Below, piece after piece: positions 26,281 to 36,481 of a stretch of 64,000 nucleotides of DNA (positions are counted from its first letter, which is position 1; each line of letters starts with the position of its first letter). The stretch comes from Armatimonadota bacterium (lineage in GTDB: Bacteria > Armatimonadota > SYMT01), in the NCBI GenBank assembly GCA_046292385.1, contig JBKBRF010000011.1, positions 64,001 through 128,000 of the forward strand, written 5' to 3'. The notes under the pieces were generated by a model. That model saw only the letters and a list, made by a program, of their open reading frames with translations. It searched no databases and had not been told where the DNA came from. Position numbers and translations under genes: made by a program.

Positions 26281-28728
26281 ATGATACGAGCTGGACTCCG
26301 CCCCCTCACCCTCTGCGCTCTCGGTTTGTTCGCCTGCGGGCTCGCGGCGGCGCCGCTGGGCGCGCAGGAGGGCGGCCCCGCCGCCCCCGCGCAGCCGCTC
26401 CCGCTGAAGGACGTGGTGCTCTTCAGCAGCGGCGTCGGCTACTTCCAGCGGCGCGGCACCGTCCGCGGCACCACCTCGCTCAAGCTCTCGTTCCGGGCGG
26501 GGCAGGTGAACGACATCCTCAAGAGCCTGGTCTTGATCGATCCGCAGGGGCAGGTCCGCCCCGTCACCTACACGACTCAGGACGCGCACCTCCTCCGCCC
26601 CGGGGTCCGCGCCCTCGCCACCGGCAGCAGCGTCTCGCTCGGCGCCCTCCTGCGGCAGTTCCAGGGCGCCCGCCTGCGCGTCTACCTCGCCAAGGAGCAG
26701 GTGGAGGGCCGGTTGGTCAGCGTCAGCTCGAAGGAGGTGCCGCTTCCACAGGGGACCCGAGTGGTGGAGCAGGAGGTGCTCAACGTGCTGACGGCGACCG
26801 GCCTGCGGGCGATCCCGCTGGAGGCGGTGCAGCAGGTGCAGCTTCTGGACGAGCGGCTCGACCGGGAGCTGCGAGACAGCCTGGCGCTGCTGGCGACCGG
26901 CCTCTCCGACGAGCAGCGGGAGGTGGAGCTGCGCTTCACCGGTGACGCGGCGCGGGAGGTGCGGGCCGGCTACCTGCAGGAGACGCCGGTCTGGAAGACG
27001 AGCTACCGCCTGGTGCTGGACGACAAGCCGGCCGCTGCGGCTGCGGGGCAGCCGGTAAACCCCGCCGGGGGCTCTTACCTGCAAGGCTGGGCGATCGTGG
27101 AGAACACGACGGAGGAGGACTGGAAAGACGTGCGGCTCTCGCTCGTCTCCGGCCGCCCGATCAGCTTCATCCAGGACCTCTACCAGCCGCTCTACGTCCC
27201 CCGCCCCGTCGTGCAGCCGCAGGTGCTCGGCTCTCCCCGTCCCCAGCTCTACGGCGAGGCGGTGGAGCCAGGAGAGTTGCTTCCGGATGGAGTACGTGCA
27301 ATCCTCGATGTCCCAACCGACAACTCTCTCCTCTTACGGGGTCCGATGTTCGGCGGCCTCGGGGGCTTCGGAGGCGGAGTTTACCCGGGCGGCGGGGGCT
27401 CGCGGACAGGCCTGGAGGAGCTGATTGAGGTACGTTTCACGAACACGCCCCTTCACAGTGCGATTCGCCAGCTCTTTCAGGGCTCCGGTCTGGAATACAG
27501 TATCGGAGCCGACGTCCCGAACGTCGCAATCAATCTACAGCTCGCCCGAGTGCCCCGCCGGAACGCGCTGCGCGCGGTGCTGCGGCAGGGTGCCATCGCG
27601 GCGCCGGGGTTGACCTACTCCGCCGAGAACGGCGTCTACCAGGTCAAGGTCCGGCCTCCCAGCGCCGTGCAAGCAGAGCCGACGATCGACGAGCTCCTGG
27701 AGCGGCGGGAGGAGATCGGCGTCTCGGCGCAGGCGCTCGCCGGCGTGGCGTCGCAGGCGCTCGGCGCGGAGCGCGGGGAGCTGTTCGAGTACGCCATCCG
27801 GCAGCCGGTCACCCTCCCCCGCGGCAAGGCGGCGATGGTGCCGATCGTCGGCGCCGCGGTGGCCGGGGAGCGGCTCTCGATCTTCGATCCGGCGGCCGAC
27901 CGCACCCACGCCCTCCGCGGGGTCCGGCTGAAGAACACGACCGCGGCGCACCTGGCGGGCGGGCCGATCACCGTCTTCGACGGCGGCACCTACGCGGGCG
28001 ACGCGCAGGTGGGGCACCTCGGCCCCGGTGAAGAGCGACTGCTGGCGTAAGCCGTCGACCTCGACCTGGTTCCGGAGGTGGAGGGTCCGGAGCCGAAAGC
28101 CGAAACGACCGCCCTCGTGATCCGGAGCGGCGTGCTCCAGATCACGCGCAAGCAGCACCACCAGCGGACTTACCGCTTCCGGAACAAGAGCGCGGCCCGG
28201 AAGACGGTGCTGGTGCAGCAGCCGAAGGAGCCCGGCTTCGAGCTGGCGCAGCCGATGAGCGCCGCGGAGACCACCCCGGATTCCTACCGCTTCCGGATCA
28301 CGATCCCGCCCGGCAAGACAGAATCGCTGGTGGTCACGACCGAGCACCCGCTGACGGAGACGGTCGCTATCATCGAAGCGAACGTCGACCTGCTGATCAC
28401 CCACGCCCGCAGCGCCCAGGCGAGCGCGGAAGTCAGGCGGGCCCTGGAGCAGATCGTGGAGCGGCGGCGGGCGTTCCAGGCTCTGCAGGAGCGCCGCAGC
28501 GCCGTCGAAGGGGAGCTCCGCGCGATCGACACGGAGCAGGCGCGAATCCGGCAGAACATGGCGCAGCTCGACCGCAACAGCGAGCTCTACCAGCAGTACG
28601 TCCGCAAGCTGACCGAACAGGAGGCGCAGATCGAGCAGCTCCGGGCGGAGCAGCGCCGCCTCCGCGACGAGGAAGCCGCCGCCGCGCAGGAGCTGCGACG
28701 CTTCCTCGACAACCTCTCCGTATCTTGA
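26281..28728 (+). pseudogene. DUF4139-type exported protein interrupted by an in-frame TAA (28048-28050)
   Basis: VVLFSSGVGYF, NDILKSL, PVWKTSYRL, LQGWAIVENTT.EDW..V.LSLVSGRPISF; the same frame continues after the stop (LLA*AVDLD) to the typical QARIRQNM C-terminus. Confidence 0.8.
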
Positions 28729-28806
28729 TCGAGGTTACAGGTTGGCAGGCTGCAGGTTTGCAGGCTCACCCGGGCCTGTGAGCCTGCTCCTGTTCGGGGA
28801 GGGAGC

Positions 28807-30918
28807 ATGGACCGGCGCGAGGACGCGACCCCCTATCGGACCGGAGCGCACGAGCAGGTCGTGCGCCGCCTCCACTCCCGCGCGGAGGGGCTCCCCTCCG
28901 GTCCCGTGCAGGCGGTCGCCGCCTCGCGGGACGGGTCGGTCTTCGCGGTCGCGGACGGGCGCCTGGCGCGGCTGGGACGGGAGCCCGGGAGCCGCTGGGT
29001 CACGGCGAGCGAGCCGGCGGCGCCGACCGCTCTCGCCGCGCCGCGGTCCGGCCCGGAGCTGCTGGCCGGCTGCTCGGACGGGCTCTGGGAATACACCCGC
29101 GGCGCGTGGCGGCCGGTCCGCGGCGGCCCGCTGGGAGTGGTGGCGTTCTCCGAGGCGGCGGACGGCACCCTCTACGCCCTCACCGCCCACGAGTTGTGGA
29201 TGCTCGACGGACCGTGGCGCCGGATTGCCGCCCTTCCCGAGGGGGCCGGGACCGCGCAGCGGCTGGCCGCGGCGTCGGAGGGCGGCCCCCTCGTGCTCGC
29301 CGCCGCCGGTCTCTACCGCCTGGTGGACGGCCGCTTCCGCCCGGTGCGGCCGCGGGCCGGCGGCGCCGAATCGATCCGGCACCTGGCCGCGCTCGGCGCC
29401 GGGACCCTGCTCCTCGCCACGAATGACGGGCTCCGGCTCGTCTCCCGCGGCGAGGACTGGCTGCCGCTGCGCGGTGCCGACGGGCTGCCGCTCCTCGACC
29501 TGACCCACGTTACCACCGCTCCGGACGGCACGGTCTGGCTCGGCTCGCCGCAGGGGGTGGTCCGATGGCGCGGCGGCGAGTGGCGCCTGTTCGCCGGACC
29601 GCGCTGGCTGCCGGACGACCGGGTCACGTGCCTGGCGACCGGCCCGGACGGCTCCGCGTGGGTCGGCACGGAGAAGGGCCTCTCGCGCCTGGAGCCGCGG
29701 CGGCTTACGCTGGAGGAGAAGTCGGAGCTCTACCAGCGGGACCTGGAGCGCCGCGACCGCCGCTTCGGCTACGTCACCGTCATCCAGCTCCGCCAGCCCG
29801 GGGTGCTGGAAGGCGGCCTGCAGGAGATCAGCGACAACGACGGCCTCTGGACGGCGATGTACGTCGGTTCCCAGTGCTTCCGGTACGCCGCGACCAAGTC
29901 TGCCGCCGCGAAGGCGCAGGCGTGGCGCTCCATGCAGGCGATCCTGCGGCTGGAGAGCATCACCGGGCACCCCGGCTTCCCCGCCCGGGCGATCAGCAAG
30001 ATCGGGGAGCCGAACCACGAGAACCGCTCCCGCGGGGAGTGGCATCCCTCCCCCGTGGAGCCGGGCTGGATGTGGAAGGGCGACACCTCCTCCGACGAGA
30101 TCGACGGCCACTTCTTCGCCTTCTACGTCTTCCACGAGCTTGCCGCGGACGCGGAGCAGAAGCGCCGAGTGCGGGAGACCTGCCGCCGCGTCACCGATCA
30201 CCTGCTGGATCACGGCTACTATCTGGTCGACCTGGACGGCAAGCACACGCGCTGGGGGGTCTGGGCGCCGGAGCAGCTCAACGACAACCCGGAGTGGGAG
30301 GCGGAGCGGGGCCTCAACTCGCTGGAGATGCTCTCCTACCTGAAGGTGGCGCATCACCTCGTCGGCGACCCGCGCTACGCGGAGGCGTACCGGTCGCTGA
30401 TCCGGGACCACGGCTACGCCCTGAACATGGTCAACACCAAAGTGGTTCCGCCCGGTGAGGTGAACCATTCCGATGACGAGCTGGCGTTCCTCTCCTACTA
30501 TCCGCTGCTGCAGCTCGAGACCGACCCGGCGCTCCGCGCGCTCTACGTGGCGAGCCTGCGCCGGAGCTGGGAATACGAGCGCGTGGAGGCATCCCCGCTC
30601 TGGAGCTTCATCTACGGCGCCTGCACCGGGGAGCCGTGCGACGTGGAGGCCAGCGTCCAGGCGCTCCAGGAGATCCCGCTCGACCTGGTGAAGTGGCCCA
30701 CGCGCAACTCCCATCGGGCGGATCTTCACTACGACCCGGTGCCGGACCGCTTCGGTAAGCGACAGCTCCTGCGCCCGCTGCCGTGGACGGAGCGCCCGCT
30801 CCACAAGTGGAACGGCAACCCGTTCGTGGTCGACGGCGGCGACGGAGGAGAAGAGGAGGACCAGACGATGTGGCTGCTCCCCTACTGGCTCGGCCGCTAC
30901 CACCGGCTCATCAGCTAA
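28807..30918 (+). CDS. Uncharacterised protein: N-terminal beta-propeller repeats plus C-terminal helical, acidic-motif domain
   Basis: Repeats DGTVWLGS / DGSAWVGTEKGL / LPDDRV; C-terminal DNDGLWT, SSDEIDGH, HSDDEL; GGAG RBS. Confidence 0.75.
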   Translation: MDRREDATPYRTGAHEQVVRRLHSRAEGLPSGPVQAVAASRDGSVFAVADGRLARLGREPGSRWVTASEPAAPTALAAPRSGPELLAGCSDGLWEYTRGAWRPVRGGPLGVVAFSEAADGTLYALTAHELWMLDGPWRRIAALPEGAGTAQRLAAASEGGPLVLAAAGLYRLVDGRFRPVRPRAGGAESIRHLAALGAGTLLLATNDGLRLVSRGEDWLPLRGADGLPLLDLTHVTTAPDGTVWLGSPQGVVRWRGGEWRLFAGPRWLPDDRVTCLATGPDGSAWVGTEKGLSRLEPRRLTLEEKSELYQRDLERRDRRFGYVTVIQLRQPGVLEGGLQEISDNDGLWTAMYVGSQCFRYAATKSAAAKAQAWRSMQAILRLESITGHPGFPARAISKIGEPNHENRSRGEWHPSPVEPGWMWKGDTSSDEIDGHFFAFYVFHELAADAEQKRRVRETCRRVTDHLLDHGYYLVDLDGKHTRWGVWAPEQLNDNPEWEAERGLNSLEMLSYLKVAHHLVGDPRYAEAYRSLIRDHGYALNMVNTKVVPPGEVNHSDDELAFLSYYPLLQLETDPALRALYVASLRRSWEYERVEASPLWSFIYGACTGEPCDVEASVQALQEIPLDLVKWPTRNSHRADLHYDPVPDRFGKRQLLRPLPWTERPLHKWNGNPFVVDGGDGGEEEDQTMWLLPYWLGRYHRLIS

Positions 30919-30932
30919 CGCAGAGCGCCCCC

Positions 30933-32237
30933 GTGACCTTCCCTCCCGCCCGATCGACTGCGTTAAGCCGCCGGCGCCTCCTGGGGGCGCTGGGCGCGGG
31001 CTCCCTCGCGCCGGCGCTCTCCGGGTGCCGGGAGCGGACGGAGAGCGGCATCACCCTGCGCATGGTCTCCACCAACCACGGGGAGCGGATGCGGGAGCCG
31101 TTCGCCGCGGCGCTGCGGGAGTTCGAGCGGGAGCATCCCGGCGTCCGGGTGCGTGAGACGACGATGGACGACGACGTCTACCAGAAGATGGGGCTCGTCA
31201 ACCTCTTCGTCGGCGGCGACCCCCCGGATCTCTTCTTCCAGTGGGGCGGGGAGCTGGTCCGCAAGTACGCCGACGCCGGCCACGCGCTCGACCTGACGCC
31301 GTTCCTGCCGCCGGAGGAGCGGGAGCGCTTCCTGCCCTCCTGCTGGGCCTCGTGCCGGGCGAGCGGCGGCTACTATCTCTGGCCGACCAGCGCCTCCGTC
31401 ACCACCGTCCTCTGGTACCGCCGCAGCCTCTTCGAGCGCGCGGTGCAGCCGCCCACCACCTGGGAGGAGCTCATCGCTGTCTGCGAGTCGTTTCGGCAGA
31501 GCGGCACGATCCCGATCGCGGTCGGTAACAAGGAACTCTGGTCGGGCGGCAACTTCGCCGCCTGGATCGCGGCGCAGCGGCTGGGGGCGGAGCGCTACCG
31601 GCAGGTGCTGGGGCTGGCGCCGGGGACGCGGCTGGACGACCCGGAGCTGGTCGACGCGTTCCGGCTCCTCTCCGACCTGCAGGCGCGCGGCTTCTTCAAC
31701 CGAGGCGTGGCCGGGGTGAGCACCGACGAGGCGCGGTCGCTCCTGGCGCAGGGCCGCGCGGCGATGCACCCGATCGGCGACTGGCTGGTGAGCGAGGTGG
31801 AGCCGGAGGAGGCGGAAGACCTCGACGCGATACTCCTGCCGCCGCTCCCCAACCAGAGCGGCGAGACCGGGACCCTGCTGGCGCTGGCGACCGGCTACAT
31901 GGTCGCGCGCCGGAGCCGCCACCCGGAGCTGGCCGTCGCCCTGCTGCGCCACCTGACGCGGACCGAAGTGCAGCGCGGCTGGACGGAGCACGGCCACGTG
32001 AGCTCCCTCCGCGCCGCCGCCCCGGGGCCGGAGGCGCCGGTAGGCCAGCGCCGCCTGACCGAGTTCATGGAGACCGCCCCGGCCGCGGCGCTCGCGCCGG
32101 ACGTCGGCTTCAACCTGGAGGTGAGCGACGCCTTCCTGGATGCGGTGAGCCTGGTCCTCGCCGGCCGGGCCGCGCCGGAAACGGCTCTTGCCGACGCCGA
32201 GCGCCAGGTCCGGGCGCTGCGGAGGGCCGCGGCATGA
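30933..32237 (+). CDS. Carbohydrate ABC transporter substrate-binding lipoprotein
   Basis: Tat-like SRRRLL plus lipobox LSGC; PPDLF..WGG, PPTTWEELI, GRAAM..GDW. Confidence 0.88.
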   Translation: MTFPPARSTALSRRRLLGALGAGSLAPALSGCRERTESGITLRMVSTNHGERMREPFAAALREFEREHPGVRVRETTMDDDVYQKMGLVNLFVGGDPPDLFFQWGGELVRKYADAGHALDLTPFLPPEERERFLPSCWASCRASGGYYLWPTSASVTTVLWYRRSLFERAVQPPTTWEELIAVCESFRQSGTIPIAVGNKELWSGGNFAAWIAAQRLGAERYRQVLGLAPGTRLDDPELVDAFRLLSDLQARGFFNRGVAGVSTDEARSLLAQGRAAMHPIGDWLVSEVEPEEAEDLDAILLPPLPNQSGETGTLLALATGYMVARRSRHPELAVALLRHLTRTEVQRGWTEHGHVSSLRAAAPGPEAPVGQRRLTEFMETAPAAALAPDVGFNLEVSDAFLDAVSLVLAGRAAPETALADAERQVRALRRAAA

Positions 32238-33103
32238 CCTCGGGCGAGCGGCGGCAGCTCCGGTGGCTGGGCGCGCCCGCGTTGGCGCTGTACCTGGTGT
32301 TCGTGGTGCTCCCGGTGCTTGCCGCGGGTGCCCTCTCGCTCTTCACCTGGGACGGCATCGCTGCACCGGCCTTCGCGGGCTCGGCGAACTATACCCGCGC
32401 GCTGTTCGGCGATCCGATCTTCCTCCGCTCGTTCCTGAACAACGCGGTCTACGTGGGGATCACGCTGGTGGTGGAGGTCGGCGCCGGGCTCCTCTTCGCG
32501 GCGGCCTTGCAGGCGCGGCTCCCGCTCGCCGGATTCTGGCGCGCGCTCTTCTTCAGCCCGATGGTGCTCTCGATGGTGGTGGTCGGGCTTCTCGGCGGCT
32601 TCGTCCTGAACCCGGACTTCGGCATCCTCAGCTCCGCCCTGCGCGGCCTGGGGCTGGGGCACCTCGACCGCGACTGGTTGGGAGACGATCGCACCGCCCT
32701 CTACGCCGTCTCGCTTGTTTCCGGCTGGCGCTACGCCGGCTTCTACATGGCGCTCTTCGCCGCCGGCCTGGCCCGCGTGCCGCCGGAGGTGCTCGACGCC
32801 GGCCGTCTAGACGGCGCGGGGGAGGCCTTGCTCTTCCGCCGGGTCACGCTGCCGATGCTGGCGCCGGTCACCGCCATCGCGGTGCTGCTCTGCGTGACCG
32901 GCGGCTTCCAGGCATTCGATCTCTTCTTCGTGATGACCGACGGCGGGCCGTTCCACAGCACCGAGATCCCGTCGCTCTGGATGGTCAAGAAGGCGTTCAA
33001 TCGCCAGTCACTCGGCTACGGCGCCTCCCTGGGCGTGCTGCTGGCGCTCTTCGTTGCCGCGCTCGGAGTGCTGCAGCTCCGAGTCCGGAGGGAGAGCCGG
33101 TGA
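32234..33103 (+). CDS. Carbohydrate ABC transporter permease
   Basis: FAGSANY, FFSPMVLS, EAA-like loop LDAGRLDGA, FQAFD. Confidence 0.9.
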   Translation: MTSGERRQLRWLGAPALALYLVFVVLPVLAAGALSLFTWDGIAAPAFAGSANYTRALFGDPIFLRSFLNNAVYVGITLVVEVGAGLLFAAALQARLPLAGFWRALFFSPMVLSMVVVGLLGGFVLNPDFGILSSALRGLGLGHLDRDWLGDDRTALYAVSLVSGWRYAGFYMALFAAGLARVPPEVLDAGRLDGAGEALLFRRVTLPMLAPVTAIAVLLCVTGGFQAFDLFFVMTDGGPFHSTEIPSLWMVKKAFNRQSLGYGASLGVLLALFVAALGVLQLRVRRESR

Positions 33104-33942
33104 GCGTCCCCGCCAAGCCGACGCGGCGCAGCGCGTCCCCCGGCCGCTCGCTCCTGCTGGCGGGCGTGGCGCTCGTCTCCCTGCTGATGGCGGCGCCGCT
33201 CGTCTGGATGCTCCTCGGCTCCCTCCGCTCCAACGAGGAGATCCTGCGGGCGCCGTTCGCGCTGCCGGAGGCGTGGCGCTGGGGCCAGTGGAGCGAGGCG
33301 TGGGTGGAAGGGAACCTCTCCGCCTACGCCGTCAACAGCGGCGTCGTGACGGCGCTCTCGGTCACGCTGACCGTACTCCTCGGAGCCGCGGCCGCCTACC
33401 CGCTGGCGCGAGAGTCCGGCGCCACCCCACGGACGCTGCTGCTCTACCTGGTGGGGCTGGTGGTGCCGGCGCAGGCCGCCGTGGTGCCGCTCTTCCTGCT
33501 GCTGCGGTCGCTGCGCCTGCTCGACACCTGGTGGGCGCTGGTGCTGCCGTACGTGGCGTGGAACCTGCCGGTGGCGGTCTTCGTCTTCTACGGCTTCTTC
33601 CGGGGGCAGTCGACCGAGCCGGAAGAAGCAGCGCGCCTCGACGGCTGCGGTCCGCTGGCGATCTTCTGGCGCATCGCCCTGCCGATCGCCCGGCCTGCCG
33701 CGGGAGTGGTCGCCATCCTCACCGCGCTCGCCGTATGGAACGAGCTGCTCTTCGCCCTGCTCTTCGTCAGCAGCGAGAGCGCCCGCACCCTGCCGCTCGG
33801 CCTGCTCGCCTTCAGCAGCGCGCATACCACCGACTACGGCCTCACCTTCGCCGCGCTCAGTATGATGTCGCTCCCGCTGCTCGTCGCCTACGCCTTCGTG
33901 CAGCGGTGGCTGATCGAAGGCGCGGAGGTCACGCTGGCGTGA
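33100..33942 (+). CDS. Carbohydrate ABC transporter permease
   Basis: PLVWMLLGSLR, EEAARLDGC, WNELLFAL, TLPLGL, FVQR; GTGA overlap. Confidence 0.9.
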   Translation: MSVPAKPTRRSASPGRSLLLAGVALVSLLMAAPLVWMLLGSLRSNEEILRAPFALPEAWRWGQWSEAWVEGNLSAYAVNSGVVTALSVTLTVLLGAAAAYPLARESGATPRTLLLYLVGLVVPAQAAVVPLFLLLRSLRLLDTWWALVLPYVAWNLPVAVFVFYGFFRGQSTEPEEAARLDGCGPLAIFWRIALPIARPAAGVVAILTALAVWNELLFALLFVSSESARTLPLGLLAFSSAHTTDYGLTFAALSMMSLPLLVAYAFVQRWLIEGAEVTLA

Positions 33943-33964
33943 GTGGGAGACCCAGGACCTGACG

Positions 33965-34381
33965 ATGATCTCGATCCACGATCACCGCCTTCTCGCCTAT
34001 CACGTGGACTGTGAGGCCCGGCAGATCACGCTCCGAACTATCTTCCAGGATGAAGAGCCGCACGAGAAGGCGCAGATCACCTTCACCGGGGTGCTCGCCT
34101 ACCACTTCGAAGGGGACGCCTTCGGAACGATCCTCTTCGACATCACCGCCGTACCGCCGGCAGAGATCGTGGGTCAGTACGCCGAGCTCTTCGCGCGGCT
34201 GAAGAACTACGGCTGGCCGGGACCGACCTATCAGACCCCGGAAGAGCTGAACCAGCGTCTCGAGGGGTCAGGGGTGACTGGTTATCTGATCTATTCGTCG
34301 TGCGGGATGGATGGGTTCGTTCTCGCGAAGAGGATGGAGATTCGGGCTGCGGCAGCTGCTCCGAAGAGCACGAGGTGCTAG
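33965..34381 (+). CDS. Hypothetical protein
   Basis: AGGA RBS, 138 aa, SIHD...IYSSCGMDGFVLA; no family recognised. Confidence 0.65.
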   Translation: MISIHDHRLLAYHVDCEARQITLRTIFQDEEPHEKAQITFTGVLAYHFEGDAFGTILFDITAVPPAEIVGQYAELFARLKNYGWPGPTYQTPEELNQRLEGSGVTGYLIYSSCGMDGFVLAKRMEIRAAAAAPKSTRC

Positions 34382-34386
34382 CGCCT

Positions 34387-34992
34387 ATGGGGGCATCACG
34401 CTACATCCTCTTTCATCGGACGGAGGGCCACTGCGTCACCTGGCTGGTCCAGGCGACGGACCTGCGGGAGGCGCTGGTCCGCTTTCTCCTGGACGCCTGG
34501 GGGGACGCCGGCGAGCTTCTGCCCGACGGCTCGCTGGTGGATGACGATGGCCTCGGATGGCGGGTCGTCTACACGCACCCGCTGCAGGCGATTGAGGCAA
34601 ATTACAAGATCTGCGAGGACTGGGAGATCCGGAGCCTGGACGAGCCGAGCCTGCAGGCGGAGGTCGCCGAGGTCTTCTGCAGCGCCGATCCGTCCGACCT
34701 CGACAAGCACATCTCGGCCGCGCGCCGGGCTCTTCGGGAGGCGCATCCGCGCAGCCGGGCACGGGCGTTCGTCTGGTACCTCCGGAGCGGCCCACTCGTC
34801 ACGTTCTACCGGCGCCCCCGGCGAGGTGCGGTGCTCGAAATCGTCGCCCGCTACCTGCTGCCATGGAAAGACTGGCCGAATGCGCGACCATGGACCGGCA
34901 GCTACGACGACCTGCTCGGAGAGCTGTTCCTCGGCCCCGGAGAGCGGCACGGAGCCGCGGGAGCCCGCCATAGTGCGGAGCCTCACCCGTAG
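34387..34992 (+). CDS. Hypothetical protein
   Basis: ATG 5 nt after the previous stop; natural-looking Trp/Asp-rich sequence. Confidence 0.55.
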   Translation: MGASRYILFHRTEGHCVTWLVQATDLREALVRFLLDAWGDAGELLPDGSLVDDDGLGWRVVYTHPLQAIEANYKICEDWEIRSLDEPSLQAEVAEVFCSADPSDLDKHISAARRALREAHPRSRARAFVWYLRSGPLVTFYRRPRRGAVLEIVARYLLPWKDWPNARPWTGSYDDLLGELFLGPGERHGAAGARHSAEPHP

Positions 34993-35121
34993 ATTTCGGG
35001 CAAGTCGTGCGGCTTCTGAGTATGAGTAAAGGAGAACGAGTAGGAGTAGGAACGTGGGTTCGGAGGGCTGCCCATCCCCACCATCCCCGTTCCCCATCTC
35101 CATATCTCCTGAGGATCCAGC

Positions 35122-35760
35122 ATGCCCGTTACCTACGATCAGATTACCGAGTACCACCAGCAGCTTTCCGCGCACCAGGACCCGGTGCTGCTCCGCATGG
35201 AAGAAGAGGCGCGGCGGGACCAGTTCCCGATCATCGGGCCGGCTTCCGGAAAGATGTGCTACCTCCTCGCGCGCGCTATCGGGGCCCGCAAGGTGTTCGA
35301 GCTGGGATCCGGCTACGGCTACAGCACCCTCTGGTTCGCCCGGGCCGTGCGGGAGAACGGCGGGGGGACCGTCCACCACACCGTCTGGGACGAAGAGCTG
35401 CAGCGCCGGGCGAAGGCGAACGTGGAGGAGGCCGGCTATTCCGACCTGGTCCGCTTCCACCTGGGCGAGGCGGTGCAGACGCTGCGGGAGACCGACGACA
35501 CGTTCGACATCGTCTTCAACGACATCGATAAGGACGGCTATCCCGCCAGCTTGCCGGTGATGAAGCAAAAGCTGCGGGTCGGCGGCCTGATCATCATCGA
35601 CAACATGCTCTGGCACGGGCGCATCTTCGACCCCGAGGACCGAGACGCCACGACGGCAGGAGTGCGCGAGTTCACGCGCCTCCTGCAGGAAGATCCCGAC
35701 TTCGTCTTCCAGCTCATCCCGGTCCGCGACGGGATCATCACGGCACTCCGCGTGAGCTGA
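35122..35760 (+). CDS. SAM-dependent O-methyltransferase (caffeoyl-CoA OMT-like)
   Basis: [39 protein letters not shown]. Confidence 0.9.
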   Translation: MPVTYDQITEYHQQLSAHQDPVLLRMEEEARRDQFPIIGPASGKMCYLLARAIGARKVFELGSGYGYSTLWFARAVRENGGGTVHHTVWDEELQRRAKANVEEAGYSDLVRFHLGEAVQTLRETDDTFDIVFNDIDKDGYPASLPVMKQKLRVGGLIIIDNMLWHGRIFDPEDRDATTAGVREFTRLLQEDPDFVFQLIPVRDGIITALRVS

Positions 35761-35831
35761 GCCGATCGACGGGGCGCCGTGGCGGGGCCGGCGGCGCCCC
35801 TCGCTTGCTCGGGCGGATACAATTCCTCACC

Positions 35832-36419
35832 ATGCCACGCACCGCCGAAATCGAGCGCTCCACCGCCGAGACTCAGATCAGCCTCTCGCTGGACCTGGAC
35901 GGCTCCGGGAAGGCCGACGTCCAGACCGGAGTCGGCTTTCTGGACCACATGCTGACCCTCTTCGCCCGCCACGGGCTGCTCGACCTGACGGTCCGCTGCC
36001 AGGGCGACCTCCACGTGGACCAGCACCACACCGTCGAGGACGTCGGCATCTGCCTGGGGATGGCGATCGCGCGCGCCGTCGGGGACAAGAAGGGGATCGT
36101 CCGCTACGGCACCTTCACCGTGCCGATGGACGAGACGCTGGTGATGGCGAGTCTCGACCTGAGCGGGCGCGCCTTCCTGGTCTGCAACCTCGACGTGAAG
36201 AACCGCAAGATCGGCGAGTTCGACGCGGAGCTCACGCCGGAGTTCTTCCGCGCCGTGGCCGGCAACGCGCTGCTGACGCTGCACGTACACCAGTTCCACG
36301 GCGAGAACGCCCACCATATCGTTGAGGCCGCCTTCAAGGCGTTCGGCCGCGCTCTCGACGCGGCGACCCTTATCGACGAGCGCCAGCCCGGCATCCCGAG
36401 CACCAAAGGCGTGCTCTGA
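35832..36419 (+). CDS. hisB: Imidazoleglycerol-phosphate dehydratase
   Basis: [43 protein letters not shown]. Confidence 0.97.
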   Translation: MPRTAEIERSTAETQISLSLDLDGSGKADVQTGVGFLDHMLTLFARHGLLDLTVRCQGDLHVDQHHTVEDVGICLGMAIARAVGDKKGIVRYGTFTVPMDETLVMASLDLSGRAFLVCNLDVKNRKIGEFDAELTPEFFRAVAGNALLTLHVHQFHGENAHHIVEAAFKAFGRALDAATLIDERQPGIPSTKGVL

Positions 36420-36481
36420 CGTTGCGAGTCACCACCCTCCGAGCGGACGCGGGCACCCCGTCCTGCAGCCCGCACACCACC

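Noticed and set aside
28048..28050. Programmed recoding (Sec/Pyl) of the DUF4139 internal stop, given the neighbouring sel genes
   Set aside because: The codon is TAA, not TGA or TAG, and the expected residue is Tyr; mutation or sequencing error is simpler.
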